52,855 nt of DNA from a virus (IMGVR_UViG_3300036820_000025:1-52855), one strand, 5' to 3'. Positions 17,479 through 27,814 are shown, counted from the stretch's first letter. A program made the numbers and translations. The notes: generated by a model not told the origin, from the letters alone.

Positions 17479-19106
17479 CAGGAAACTCCCGAGCCGGTAA
17501 TACACGCAAACGTTGCCGTGGCAAAAAGGATCGTTGCCACGGATTGAGCGGTCATCGTGCGCGTGCCGGTCGCTGCGGTGCCATTGCACCATCCTAGCGT
17601 GACGCCAGCGCCCGCGGCTATAGTGATGGTTCCGGCGATATCAAAGATGGTGACAGTATCCCCTCCGCTGAAAACTGACGGCGGGATAGTGATTGTCTCG
17701 CCTCCGGCCCCGTGGTAATAAACGGCTTTACCGCGATCTGATAACGTCAGTGTATAACTTGAATTACCTTGGTCATTGAGGGGCGCCCCGAGGTACCCAA
17801 CGTTGAAAGGGCCGCCGCCGCTTGAATCTTCTAGCGTAAGAGTGCTATTGAACCGCCATGCGCCCGTCATTGTCGGCGCAATTGATTGCGACAACGCGGG
17901 GGCGGCGTCTGAGCGCATCCACGTGCTGGCCGACCCGTTAACCGCAGTCAGCCCCACTGAGGCCGAAGGATTCGCGCCATTCGCCGGCAGGTCAGCCGCA
18001 ACCATCGCGCGGAAATTCGGCTGAGCCGCGCTGCCGCTCGACGGGCCGGCAAATATCGTATTGGCACTCTGAGTTTTCAGCGTCTCCGTCAATGTGCCCG
18101 ACGTTGTGACGGGCGAACCACTGATGGCATATATGGCCGATGTGCTGCCATCCGCCAGCGACACACTAGTAACGGACCCTGCGCCCCCCGTGGGCGTTAC
18201 GCACTGACCATCGCCGCGCAGGTAGGTGCTGCTGCTGCATGTGCCTGACCACAGTCCGGTTACATCGCCATAGAGTGCCGCCGTGAATGGCGACGAGCCG
18301 TTCGCCTTGAGAATCCCGGTAATCGTGCCGGCCTCGCCGCTGCCGCCGTAGGCCGCGCCTACCGCAGCACCCTGCCACGTACCTGCGCCAATGGTGCCCA
18401 CGGTCGCGAGTGTTGACGCCGATGTGAGCGCCGGTAATGACGTGGGGATGTCGTCGGATGCGATGGCGCGTAGCCCAATCGCGCCGCTTGAACCGTCAGG
18501 GGTTGCAAGAAACTCGTTAGCCGTCTGCCCCGTGGCGAACGTCAGCGCAAGCGTGCCCGCACCCGTGACAGGCGAACTGCCCACAGAAAATACGGAGGGG
18601 GTCGATAGGCCCACACTGGTAACCGTGCCTGCGCCTGCGCTATGGCACGCACCATCGGCGCCGAGATATTCCGTGCCGCTGCAACTCGTGAACAATCCCA
18701 CGATGTCGGACGCGGCGGCCGTGCTGAATCCGCTGCCCGTCCCTAAGAGCGGCCCCGATAGGGTCGTGGTGACGGCCAGCGTGGCGCTATTGGTTACGGG
18801 CGAGTTCGCGACTGCAAAGCCGCTAGGCATTGATAGGCCGACACTGTTGACAGTGCCGCCGCCAGTGCCCGGGGGCGTCGCGCACTCCCCATCGCCGCGC
18901 AGATAAGTCGTGCTACTGCATGTTCCGGTCCACAGGCTTTCGACATCGCCGGCTGCAGCAGCGCGTGTCTGCGGCGAGCTGGAATCGCCATATAGAATCC
19001 CGGTGACGGGGCCGAAGTAATTAAACCATGTTGATGCGAGCGCGAGCCCGCCGACCAACGTAAACCCGGCCGCGGCCCCGATAATCCAACTGCGAAAGCG
19101 CTTCAA
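17478..19106 (-). CDS. Fibre/adhesin-like repeat protein with signal-peptide-like N-terminus
   Basis: TTG start overlapping upstream TGA; three C-x10-C / GTVTSVGL repeats; C-terminal YTLTLSDRGK...TITIP...GDTV fibre-tip-like domain. Confidence 0.75.
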   Translation of the reverse strand: MKRFRSWIIGAAAGFTLVGGLALASTWFNYFGPVTGILYGDSSSPQTRAAAAGDVESLWTGTCSSTTYLRGDGECATPPGTGGGTVNSVGLSMPSGFAVANSPVTNSATLAVTTTLSGPLLGTGSGFSTAAASDIVGLFTSCSGTEYLGADGACHSAGAGTVTSVGLSTPSVFSVGSSPVTGAGTLALTFATGQTANEFLATPDGSSGAIGLRAIASDDIPTSLPALTSASTLATVGTIGAGTWQGAAVGAAYGGSGEAGTITGILKANGSSPFTAALYGDVTGLWSGTCSSSTYLRGDGQCVTPTGGAGSVTSVSLADGSTSAIYAISGSPVTTSGTLTETLKTQSANTIFAGPSSGSAAQPNFRAMVAADLPANGANPSASVGLTAVNGSASTWMRSDAAPALSQSIAPTMTGAWRFNSTLTLEDSSGGGPFNVGYLGAPLNDQGNSSYTLTLSDRGKAVYYHGAGGETITIPPSVFSGGDTVTIFDIAGTITIAAGAGVTLGWCNGTAATGTRTMTAQSVATILFATATFACITGSGVS

Positions 19107-19855
19107 GCTGCTACCCATTTGTCTGCACCTTGCGAATACTGAATTGTGATGGATTGATTGTGAACTAGCCCGACATCGGCCGCCAAGCGCATCTGATTCC
19201 CGGTCAAGCTGCTGCCGCTAAGTGCCGAGAATGTTAGCAGGTTCGAGCCGGTGCCTACGTTGGTGAATGTCACCCGCTGGCCGTCTCGCTGCGCTACGAA
19301 GCCGGTATAGTCGATTGCGCCGGCTGAAGTGTCCACGTCAATGACGTAATCGGATGGCCCGGGGAGCACAACGTTATTTGTGCCCGTGAGCGCAACCACG
19401 CTATATAGTGGTACCGATGAAATCCAACCCGCTGCGCCCGGCGTGCCGCTGTCCGGGTCGCTTGCATTGCCATCAACGGTGTTGATCCACAAGGCAGACG
19501 TGTCGCCGGTCTGCTGCAGCACTGCGCCGAGCGCGTAGCCGCTCATATCTTCGGCGAGGTCTGCATCGAACGCCGGAATTTGCCCGGCCGCGAGGAATGC
19601 AACCCACGCACTGATGAGGTACAGGATACCGTTCATGTCCTCGCCCCACGGCGGGATGCCGCCCGCTGTGGGGTCGGTCATCGTCAGCGGCGGAAACCCA
19701 TCGTTCAACGATGCCGCACCATTGATGACGCCGGTTTGCGATGGCACCGGAAACGGGTTCGTCTTCGCACCCGCGGTGCCATTAGGCGCCGTGACATTCG
19801 GGGCGTTGACCGCGAACGCTTCAACTATCCGCGGGGGTGTCGGTTGTCCGGTCAT
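19103..19855 (-). CDS. Tail fibre/baseplate-attachment protein (paralog 2)
   Basis: AS...GFPPLTM....GG.PP.GEDMNG motif shared with 19858..21054. Confidence 0.75.
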   Translation of the reverse strand: MTGQPTPPRIVEAFAVNAPNVTAPNGTAGAKTNPFPVPSQTGVINGAASLNDGFPPLTMTDPTAGGIPPWGEDMNGILYLISAWVAFLAAGQIPAFDADLAEDMSGYALGAVLQQTGDTSALWINTVDGNASDPDSGTPGAAGWISSVPLYSVVALTGTNNVVLPGPSDYVIDVDTSAGAIDYTGFVAQRDGQRVTFTNVGTGSNLLTFSALSGSSLTGNQMRLAADVGLVHNQSITIQYSQGADKWVAA

Positions 19856-19857
19856 GG

Positions 19858-21054
19858 TCAGTACCCTATCGCGATCCACACGCAAGCGCAGTAAGTGTTC
19901 TCATTATTGACCTCTTTCATGGTCACGTTGAATTGATTGGTTGCGTACCCCCACGTAGACCAATAGCCGCCGGTACTGTCGAGCATTTGCCCGGACTGGC
20001 ACGCCATTGCCTGCAACATTGCATTGGGAAAAGCAATGTTCAGTGGCACCGTAAACGAGGTCGTAGCGTTATGAGATTGCCCGCTGTCGTATCGGCCCCA
20101 CTGAACAATCAAACCGCCGGGCAATTTTATGTAGCCGTTGGCCGCAATACTCGTGGAAAATCCAAGCTGCGACAGGAAATTCGCCAGCGTGGCGAACCGG
20201 ATATAACCATCGGCCGCGGTGCTCATCACGGCAACGGAACCTATCGCCGGATTCTCCGACGGGCTCGCGCTGCTGTTGAAGTACGTCGCGAGCACATAGC
20301 CCGCGTTGGTCCGCTGCACAAGCGTCGAGCCCGTGGGCGATTGGCTGTAGCTTGGCAGCGTGGCCGCCGCGGTCTGCGGGTAGATGCTCCCGTCGCCGAT
20401 GCCGTACACCGGAACTGGCGCAGCGAATCCGCCCTGCGCAACCTGCACGCTATTGGCACCGCCAGCGCTCACGGTCGTTGTAAACGCCCCCGTGGTGTTG
20501 TTGATGATGAGCCATTCCTGCACGTTTGCCGGCAGGACAATCGTCAGGTTCGACACGAGCGCGCCCGTCAGCACGAGCACCGGCTTTTTCGACTGCGCGG
20601 CCGTCAGCGTGACTGTGCCGCCGGTCAGCCCCGTAATGGCCGCATAACCGTAGCTCGCAATCGGCACCCATCCGCTGCCGCCCGTGTCCGGGTTATTGCT
20701 GTTGCCGTTGGTCGTGCAAAGCCACATGCCCGAGCCGTCGGACATGCCGAGCACCGTGCCGGCGAGATAGCCGCCAATCGCGGTTGCAAGGTCGGAGTTG
20801 AACAGGTAGAGCTGCCCACACTCGACGTACAGCGTGTGCGAGGACAGCAGGAAAAATAGACCGTTGAAATCTTGCCCGAGCGGGGGCTTGCCGCCTGACA
20901 GCTCGGGCTCCATCGTGATAGGTGGGAAGCCGCCAGTAACCGACGCCGAGTTCGAGCCCGTGGGGCTTTCGGGCATCGGGTTTGTAATGTTCCCGCCTGC
21001 GGCAGCCGAGGCAATCGCAGCAAGTAGGTTCGGGGGTGTAGCTGCACCGGGCAT
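19858..21054 (-). CDS. Tail fibre protein
   Basis: N-terminal GFPPITM...GGKPPLGQDFNG; C-terminal NGYIKLPGGLIVQWG fibre domain. Confidence 0.85.
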   Translation of the reverse strand: MPGAATPPNLLAAIASAAAGGNITNPMPESPTGSNSASVTGGFPPITMEPELSGGKPPLGQDFNGLFFLLSSHTLYVECGQLYLFNSDLATAIGGYLAGTVLGMSDGSGMWLCTTNGNSNNPDTGGSGWVPIASYGYAAITGLTGGTVTLTAAQSKKPVLVLTGALVSNLTIVLPANVQEWLIINNTTGAFTTTVSAGGANSVQVAQGGFAAPVPVYGIGDGSIYPQTAAATLPSYSQSPTGSTLVQRTNAGYVLATYFNSSASPSENPAIGSVAVMSTAADGYIRFATLANFLSQLGFSTSIAANGYIKLPGGLIVQWGRYDSGQSHNATTSFTVPLNIAFPNAMLQAMACQSGQMLDSTGGYWSTWGYATNQFNVTMKEVNNENTYCACVWIAIGY

Positions 21055-21060
21055 CGTTTG

Positions 21061-21708
21061 TTACCTGTTGAACACGCCAAACTCGAAAGGCTTCACAATC
21101 GGCCCGGCCTCGGCAAATCCAAAATTGCCGCCCGTGGGAATTACCACGATGCCGACGAGCACCCCGGCCGGATGGGGCAGCACGCCGCTATTTGACAGTA
21201 TAGCCAACTCGACCGAAGACAGCGAGAATTCAAAGACATACCGCATGGACATATTGCCGAGGTCGAGCGTATAGCAGCGCCCGCGGCCCGGGAATAGGTT
21301 TTGTATCAGGGCGTTAAGCGCGGGAGCTGTCGTCGCCACGATGTTGGCGAGGGCTTTCGTCAGGATCAACGTGCGGTAACTGCTGTCGCTGAGCGCATAC
21401 CCGCCGGTCGTCTGCTGCCCGGAGAAAAACGGGCCGCCTCCGAAATTCTCCCAATCCGGCGGCACGTCGTCATTGTCGAAGCCGAACGAGCCGGACGTGC
21501 CCGGGATGGGGATGACGCGCGACACGCCGACGATGCGGCCCCAAATGTCGAGCCCAAAGCCGACAGCCGTGTCGATGTTCCACACGTTGTTGTAGAACGC
21601 GAGCAGGTCCGCGCGCGGGTCAATGTACCCGTTCAAATTTGCGATGAGCTGCGACAGCGTGGGGCTGTTCGCATACTGCGAAATGATTGTCTGCTCGTAG
21701 TTCAGCAT
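21061..21708 (-). CDS. DUF2612 baseplate wedge protein
   Basis: TIISQYANSP...WNIDTA.GFGLDIWGRIVG...LP.PAGV. Confidence 0.88.
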   Translation of the reverse strand: MLNYEQTIISQYANSPTLSQLIANLNGYIDPRADLLAFYNNVWNIDTAVGFGLDIWGRIVGVSRVIPIPGTSGSFGFDNDDVPPDWENFGGGPFFSGQQTTGGYALSDSSYRTLILTKALANIVATTAPALNALIQNLFPGRGRCYTLDLGNMSMRYVFEFSLSSVELAILSNSGVLPHPAGVLVGIVVIPTGGNFGFAEAGPIVKPFEFGVFNR

Positions 21709-21712
21709 CGCA

Positions 21713-23203
21713 TCACACGAGATTTACAGTGATGGTGCCCAGCGTGGGCGCTTGGTCGATGCCGATTTGCTGCGCAGTACCGCCGGCCATCGACACGGCC
21801 TCGGCGCTCTCGTCGGCCGTAGCATTGGCTGAGAGCTGGTAAGTTCCCACGCCGCCCGCGCTGCCGCTGAGCTGCTGCACAATCGTTGTTCCCGCGGGAA
21901 CACCCGTAGCAGTCACCACTGAGCCAATTTGCACAGCGCCCGAGGTCACAACCCCGATGGTCAGCACACCGCTGCCGTTGGTCACTGAGCCCGTGCCTAC
22001 GAACGCGCCGCCGATGAAAATTGACAGGACCTGTACGGGCACGCTCGGCCCTTCGCACGTCGCCACGGGGCCGTAATAGCTCGCAGCGAGAAGTAACGCG
22101 CCGATGCGCGCCCGCTGGCCGCTCGTGCTTGGCGTTACGCCATTCGAGGCAAGCGGGGTGTTGGTCACGCCGTTAAACTGTTGCGTGATAGCGCCTTGCA
22201 CGTCCGTCGTGATTGTGCCCGGCAGGTTCGAGCTGTTCACGATGTTGACGACAAAATTTATCGTCGCCGCGTTCTCGGCGTTGTTGTTGTACTTGATGGT
22301 ATATGACGGGAACGGGTAGCTGTAGCCGCTTTGGTCAGTGACCGTCTGCGACGTGTTGCCGTTCATGTTGGACCCTTCATTTTTCTTGGTCCAAATCGCG
22401 TTGGCGATATCGGCCGCGGCGCCCCCAATAACGCCGACAAAAAATGAATGCGGCAACAGCTCGTAGTTGGTCGAGCCGATATAGATAGGGTTGTCGGTAA
22501 CGTTCTCGTACACGTAGCAGTCGATAACGTCGTCAACATCGAACACGGCCGCATAGATGCTCGGCAGCGACCCGTGGGCATTCGCCGCGACGCTGTTCTG
22601 CCGGCGGAACTCGAAAGCCGCGGCAGTCTCAACATTCGAGCCCTCAATGCCGGCCGCCGCGTTGTTGCACGTATCCCAACCGGCGCCGAGCGGCCCGGCC
22701 TGATAGATAATCGTGACTGTATCCTCGGGGCACGGCACGGGGCCGAGTACGACATTGGCGAACGGAAGCGTAATCGAGCCGCCTACCGGAATTTGCCCGG
22801 TCTGCTGGCACACGTAGATATTGCCGCTCGTATCCTGAACTTGCGCAGTACCCGCCTGTATCGTAGTGCCGAGCTGCCCCACGCAGAGAACCTGCACCGT
22901 GGTCGGCGTGCCCGGGTTGCGGTTCATGAAATAGATTCGGCCGATAGCGTCCTGCATGAACCCGGTCGCGTTGTCCGGGTCCACTTGGTCAACGAGCTGT
23001 GCGATGGCCGCATTTTTGTCCGCAATGATGGCGGTCTCGCTCGATGCGAATTGGCCCTGCGGCGTCTGTAACGCAGGGTTCATGTTGCCGCCAAAGGCCG
23101 CATTCATGTCCGCTTGGGCGCCCGCCAATATCTCGGCCTCGGTCGGCAGGACAAGCCCCGTGGGCGTCCACTGAATACCGGGCACGCTGCTCGTGTCGCT
23201 CAT
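21713..23203 (-). CDS. Baseplate J-like wedge protein
   Basis: TPQGQ.A, QDAIGRIYF, ET...FE.RR..SVA; extra C-terminal beta module. Confidence 0.88.
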   Translation of the reverse strand: MSDTSSVPGIQWTPTGLVLPTEAEILAGAQADMNAAFGGNMNPALQTPQGQFASSETAIIADKNAAIAQLVDQVDPDNATGFMQDAIGRIYFMNRNPGTPTTVQVLCVGQLGTTIQAGTAQVQDTSGNIYVCQQTGQIPVGGSITLPFANVVLGPVPCPEDTVTIIYQAGPLGAGWDTCNNAAAGIEGSNVETAAAFEFRRQNSVAANAHGSLPSIYAAVFDVDDVIDCYVYENVTDNPIYIGSTNYELLPHSFFVGVIGGAAADIANAIWTKKNEGSNMNGNTSQTVTDQSGYSYPFPSYTIKYNNNAENAATINFVVNIVNSSNLPGTITTDVQGAITQQFNGVTNTPLASNGVTPSTSGQRARIGALLLAASYYGPVATCEGPSVPVQVLSIFIGGAFVGTGSVTNGSGVLTIGVVTSGAVQIGSVVTATGVPAGTTIVQQLSGSAGGVGTYQLSANATADESAEAVSMAGGTAQQIGIDQAPTLGTITVNLV

Positions 23204-23577
23204 AGGTCTATCAATCCGGGGTTGCCGTTGTTATCGACGAACTGAACCTGCCCCTTCACTAATCGCGTGGCAGGATCAAATGAGGTCACAACGCAGCGAG
23301 CTTTCGCCACGTACACATCGCCCGTCGTGGGCGCCGCCGTCAACGCAGCAGCGACTAGTTGCTCCTGAAAGTACGACACGGGCGGCGTCTTTCCTAGTAT
23401 CTGCTGGAAATACTCAACGCCGAGTGTGTCGTCGTACCAGCACTCGGCGAGGAATGTGCGGCATGCGCTCGCGACATCCTGCGCGAGCCCATAGGGCGGC
23501 GACGCCACGGCCCAATTACCGGCCGCGTCGGTGAACACATCCCATGTCGATTGATCGAGCAATAGCGTATCCATCAC
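23200..23577 (-). CDS. Baseplate gp25-like protein
   Basis: TLLLD...WD...GN.A....Y..AQDVA...RTF..ECWYD..LGV.Y; position in the baseplate cluster. Confidence 0.75.
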   Translation of the reverse strand: MMDTLLLDQSTWDVFTDAAGNWAVASPPYGLAQDVASACRTFLAECWYDDTLGVEYFQQILGKTPPVSYFQEQLVAAALTAAPTTGDVYVAKARCVVTSFDPATRLVKGQVQFVDNNGNPGLIDL

Positions 23578-24191
23578 GTATTGACCGAGCCGGAATTTCC
23601 TGTTACTGGCGTACTTCCGGCAGTATAACCTCCGGGCGGGTGCGTGTGCTGCAGGAAATCCACGCCGTCTATTGTGGTGTCTCCCCCGTTGCTCTTGATG
23701 TTGACCACGCCGGCAGCCACAACGTTTACCGTGGTGCCATCAACTTGCACGTAGCACGTGGGCGCGCCGTTCAGGAACCCGCCAAGGTACAGGCCGTCGG
23801 CCCAATCGTGCATGGCGTCGCTGCCCGGGTTGGCTTGCGCCTTGGAAGCCTTCACGAGCGAGATGTCACGGTCGCAGAATGCGCACATGCCGATGTCGCC
23901 CGCCTTGGGGTCCATGATGACCGCGGCCGGGCCGCCCTGCAGCCGGAAGTAAGGCACGTCGTACAGTGGGCCATGCGGCACCGGCTGCCCGCTGCCGGTA
24001 ACTTGATTGACGAGCGCCTGCACGGTCACGGTGCCCACGGGCGACACGCCGCCCGAGTTCGAGCACGCAATGACCTTGACGAGCTTCAATGTGTTGAGCT
24101 TCGCCAGCGCTTGAGCGATGACGAACAGCAGCACGTTGTAATCACTCGCCGCGGTGCCCGGCGTCTCGTTGCTTGTAAGAGTATCGGTCAT
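23574..24191 (-). CDS. Baseplate central spike (Gp138 N-terminal OB-fold family)
   Basis: VPYFRLQGG...DP..GDIG...FCDRDIS; C-terminal HTH metal-binding tip motif. Confidence 0.85.
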   Translation of the reverse strand: MTDTLTSNETPGTAASDYNVLLFVIAQALAKLNTLKLVKVIACSNSGGVSPVGTVTVQALVNQVTGSGQPVPHGPLYDVPYFRLQGGPAAVIMDPKAGDIGMCAFCDRDISLVKASKAQANPGSDAMHDWADGLYLGGFLNGAPTCYVQVDGTTVNVVAAGVVNIKSNGGDTTIDGVDFLQHTHPPGGYTAGSTPVTGNSGSVNT

Positions 24192-25105
24192 TGGCCGTAC
24201 TTGAACCCCGGCAGTGGCTGCAGGCGCATGGTGCTAAACCAAGGGCCATCGGGGAGCCCGGTCGCGAGATCGTGGTCGATGTTGATTATCTGCCACGTCC
24301 CGTTGACGTTGTACTGCGGGTTGTTACTGAGCTGCTGCGAGCCCTGAATTTTCGCTTGGCCGCCGTATACCAATGCCGGGTTGAACACGCACTGCGCGTT
24401 CACTATGTTGATGTCCTCAAAGCTCGGATAACCGACGAGCCCCGTCTGCGGCGAGAGCACGAACAGCGGCCGGTTGCGCGGGCTGCCGCTCGGCGTAATC
24501 TCGACCACGCCCGGTTGATCGGTGTACACCGCAATGCCGGCCTTTTTGCAGGCCGCCGCGAGCTGCTGCTTAGCTGTGCCCGGGAAGTAGGTCGAGCCGC
24601 TGAAAGTCTGCGAGACGCCCGTATTAACGAGCGCGCATGCCGGGCTGAGCTTTTGGCAGATGGCAGCAATTACCGTCGCCACATCGGCCGAGGGCGCGTA
24701 GCTCGTAGGCGTCGCCGGGTTGATCGCGTCAAACCCGAGCGTGAGCGCAACGAACCGCAAGCATACGTTCGGCAGGTCACTATAGTCGGGCAGCGTCGTG
24801 ACGAGTTGGCCTGCGAATATCGCTGACCATCCGGCGCCGCTGTTGGCTTCGATGACGACCGAGTTTCGCTGCGTGGTCAACACAAGCTGCGTCAGCGCTG
24901 TAAGCGCATTCATATCCGATTGCAACATGCCGTAGACGCGGCCCGCGACGGTCGGGAAAGCCGGCGGCGGCGGGAACGACATCTTGACCGCAGCGCGCAG
25001 CCCGGTAATGACGAGCGTGTTATTGGCGCCGCTGAACTTCGCGTTATTGGATAGCGTGAACGTGAATCGCAGTTGCTTTTTGGCGAAGGTCTGTGGGCCA
25101 CTCAT
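24188..25105 (-). CDS. Baseplate hub protein
   Basis: VYGM..SDMN.L, F.G, LSPQTGLVGYP, NG.W....H.L motifs; position. Confidence 0.75.
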   Translation of the reverse strand: MSGPQTFAKKQLRFTFTLSNNAKFSGANNTLVITGLRAAVKMSFPPPPAFPTVAGRVYGMLQSDMNALTALTQLVLTTQRNSVVIEANSGAGWSAIFAGQLVTTLPDYSDLPNVCLRFVALTLGFDAINPATPTSYAPSADVATVIAAICQKLSPACALVNTGVSQTFSGSTYFPGTAKQQLAAACKKAGIAVYTDQPGVVEITPSGSPRNRPLFVLSPQTGLVGYPSFEDINIVNAQCVFNPALVYGGQAKIQGSQQLSNNPQYNVNGTWQIINIDHDLATGLPDGPWFSTMRLQPLPGFKYGQ

Positions 25106-25458
25106 TGCAGCACCGCGGCCAAGTCGCTGGCCTCAAGGTACAGCAGCACGTAACGCGAGCCGAGCCCGGCATACTGCGGGTCGCTCGTGCCCTGCGTATC
25201 CACGAACATAAAGTCGCCCACGAACCCGAGGTATTGCCGGTTGATGAGCAGACGCTTTTCGTTCAGGCACACGGCCGTAGTTGTCAGCGTCACGCCGTTA
25301 TAGCTGATGTCTGCATAGAGCTGCGCAGCCGTGGTGCTGAGTGTGGGGTCAGTCAGGTCATATCCGGTTTTCGTGTAAAACGATAGCGCGCACGACTGCC
25401 CGCCAAGCGTAATCTGCAGCGTCTGCGAAGGCACAGCGTTGAGAGGTATGGCTTGCAT
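25102..25458 (-). CDS. Baseplate plug-like protein
   Basis: IPL..VPSQ.L...LGGQ.C...F.GD..F.DTQG..DP.Y.GLGSRY.L.Y. Confidence 0.75.
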   Translation of the reverse strand: MQAIPLNAVPSQTLQITLGGQSCALSFYTKTGYDLTDPTLSTTAAQLYADISYNGVTLTTTAVCLNEKRLLINRQYLGFVGDFMFVDTQGTSDPQYAGLGSRYVLLYLEASDLAAVLQ

Positions 25459-26156
25459 CAGTTGAACGTGTTGGTAATTGCAGTCTGCGCGGCTGCAGTC
25501 GCAGCGGCCGGAACGTTGGTCGAGGGCTGCACGTTCCCGAGCGATACCGAGGGGGTAGCGGCGGGGCTTTTGGCGTTGGTCGTGTCTGCGGTGCTGATGC
25601 TGTACTGCGCAGATACTTGGTTGATCTGCCGGAAAAATACATCGACCTCAATAAAGTACGCGCCCTCTTTGCTCCGGCGCACAAGTTCCGTGCGACGGAT
25701 GTTGCAATTGAGATAGGTTTTTTCGGGCGTCAGAATCGCATACAAATTTGTGTCGCCCGCTATGGCGTCAATGGCGTTCAGCATCTGCGTGCGATCCGCA
25801 AGGCTACCGCCTTTGTTGAGCCGCACCGACAGCTCGAACGGCAATGTTACTTTGTCGTAGCTCGCAAAGCCGCCATTCTGTAAAACGAAATCGGGCGTTT
25901 TCCACTCCTGCGATTGGTCGAATGCGTAGATACTGTCCGGCAACACCACGGGGTCGAGCCCCGCGGATAGATTGAAAATTCCCCACGAGGGCGGATTCAT
26001 GGCGGCAGCCGAGAGCAGCGCTTGTTGTTTCGTCGTCTGCGCGACGAGCTGCGTGTAGTTCGGGGGCTGATTCAACGCAATGCGAACGAGCTGCGGTACT
26101 CCGAGGAGCGCCGGCACGTTGGGGTATTGCGGTTTTGAGATGTTCGGCAGCGGCAT
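25458..26156 (-). CDS. Tail tube initiator / baseplate protein
   Basis: Follows the tape measure; WGIF, G.FASYDKV..P, Y...TPE..Y motifs. Confidence 0.7.
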   Translation of the reverse strand: MPLPNISKPQYPNVPALLGVPQLVRIALNQPPNYTQLVAQTTKQQALLSAAAMNPPSWGIFNLSAGLDPVVLPDSIYAFDQSQEWKTPDFVLQNGGFASYDKVTLPFELSVRLNKGGSLADRTQMLNAIDAIAGDTNLYAILTPEKTYLNCNIRRTELVRRSKEGAYFIEVDVFFRQINQVSAQYSISTADTTNAKSPAATPSVSLGNVQPSTNVPAAATAAAQTAITNTFN

Positions 26157-27814
26157 CAGTTCATCCCCGAGTTAGCCTGCGCGATGACGCCCTTGCGCCG
26201 AATCGCCTCGGGTATCGTAGCAGCTATCCCGTTCGCGTCGGTCGCCTGCGTAACGATGTTGATATTGTCTATCTCAACGTTCGTGCCGCCCCCGCCCGTG
26301 GACGCCGTAAGAGCCCCTGCACCGGCTCGGCCGCCCGGGCCGGGCGCAGCAGAGGCCGACGACGCAAAGCCCGCATAGGCGCCCGCGTTGGGCATACCGC
26401 TGAGAATCCGCGGCACATACTGCAGCGTTTCGTCGGGCGCCGCGGTGCCGCCTTTTAGACGCTTGTCGAGGTTCCCCTGCCCGTCGTTGTAGGCCATCAG
26501 GGCAAGCATCATGTTGCCCTTGTAGACCTTCAGCAATCGCGACATCTCGCGGCCTGCGTCGTCAACGTCCTTGCCTTGGTCCTGCCCAGCATTCGGAAAA
26601 TACTGCGGCATGAGCTGCATTAGCCCCACGGCTCCGCGCTTCGACTTCGCGTTCGGGTTGAAGCTCGATTCAACGCGCGCGATGTTCTCAAGCAACCCCG
26701 TGGGCAAGCCGTATTTTTTCTCGGCTGAGCGGAACATCATTGTTTGCCGGGCGTCACCGTGAGATGGCGTACGACGCATGCTCTGCGTGGCATGGCTCCA
26801 TAGCTTCTCGACTGCATGCAATTGAAAATCAATCATGCCTTGCGTGTAATCGCCAAATCCTCGCAGCAAATGGCCGCCCGACAGATCATTGAGCGTTTTT
26901 GTGACGGCAGGCATTGTTTCGCCCACTACGTCTTTTTGCCACACGCCCCTAGCGGTGTTTTTCAGATTCGCCCACGCTCGCGAGGTAGCCTCGGCATTCT
27001 TGACCTTTTGGGCGTCAACCGCGTTGGTGCGTTCGGCCGCGCGTAGTATGTCCTCGCGCGCTTTGGCTTCCTGCACAACGTAGAGCTGCACAGCCGCGGC
27101 CGACAGCCCCATTTCTTCCATGTACTGCGCTTGGTCCTTGAGGCTCGCACCCGAGCGGCGCAGCGTGTCGCCGACATCTTTTAGAATCGCCATCGGGTCG
27201 CGGTCCTTGCCCGTCTTCGCATCGAATAGCCCGATGCCCTGCCGGCGAGCCCACGCGGCGAACGCATCAGGCGCGCCTATCCGTTGGCTGAACTGCGCGT
27301 GCGCGATTGTCTGCAGGTCGCGCGTCGCGTCCTCGGGTTTGCCTCCGACCTGCGAATATGCGTTGCCGAGCTTGCCGATAGTCTTTGGATCAACACCCAC
27401 GGTGGACGCAAACCGGCCTATATTGGCGAGGTTGCCCACGGTGTTGCCGTATTCGATAATCGCGCCCTTCAGCGTCTCGAAGCCAATAACCGCCGTGGCA
27501 GCCATGCGGCCAATCGACTTCAACCCGTCGATGGTCGCATCGGTATGTTTCTTTTGGTCGGCGGCGTCGCGGCGCGCCTGCTGCGATGCCTGCTGACGGC
27601 GCTTGCGCTCGGCCTCGGCCTCGACTTTGCGCGTCTTGGCGAGCTTAGCGCCGAGGTCGCCCGTTTTCTTGGTCGTCTGCTCCGCTGTGGTCGCGCCCGC
27701 AACGGTGCTTTTCTTCAGGTCCTCAGTGGCCTGTTTAGCGTCAGCCGCGCCCTTACGGAAGCCCTTGGAGTCGAGCCCGAGCGTAACTATCAGCGAGTCG
27801 ATAATCGTTGCCAT
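26156..27814 (-). CDS. Tape measure protein with lytic transglycosylase (SLT) domain
   Basis: ATIIDSLIVTLGLD N-terminus; ESSFNPNAKS..GAVGLMQLMP, AYN.G.G, ET..YV. Confidence 0.9.
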   Translation of the reverse strand: MATIIDSLIVTLGLDSKGFRKGAADAKQATEDLKKSTVAGATTAEQTTKKTGDLGAKLAKTRKVEAEAERKRRQQASQQARRDAADQKKHTDATIDGLKSIGRMAATAVIGFETLKGAIIEYGNTVGNLANIGRFASTVGVDPKTIGKLGNAYSQVGGKPEDATRDLQTIAHAQFSQRIGAPDAFAAWARRQGIGLFDAKTGKDRDPMAILKDVGDTLRRSGASLKDQAQYMEEMGLSAAAVQLYVVQEAKAREDILRAAERTNAVDAQKVKNAEATSRAWANLKNTARGVWQKDVVGETMPAVTKTLNDLSGGHLLRGFGDYTQGMIDFQLHAVEKLWSHATQSMRRTPSHGDARQTMMFRSAEKKYGLPTGLLENIARVESSFNPNAKSKRGAVGLMQLMPQYFPNAGQDQGKDVDDAGREMSRLLKVYKGNMMLALMAYNDGQGNLDKRLKGGTAAPDETLQYVPRILSGMPNAGAYAGFASSASAAPGPGGRAGAGALTASTGGGGTNVEIDNINIVTQATDANGIAATIPEAIRRKGVIAQANSGMN

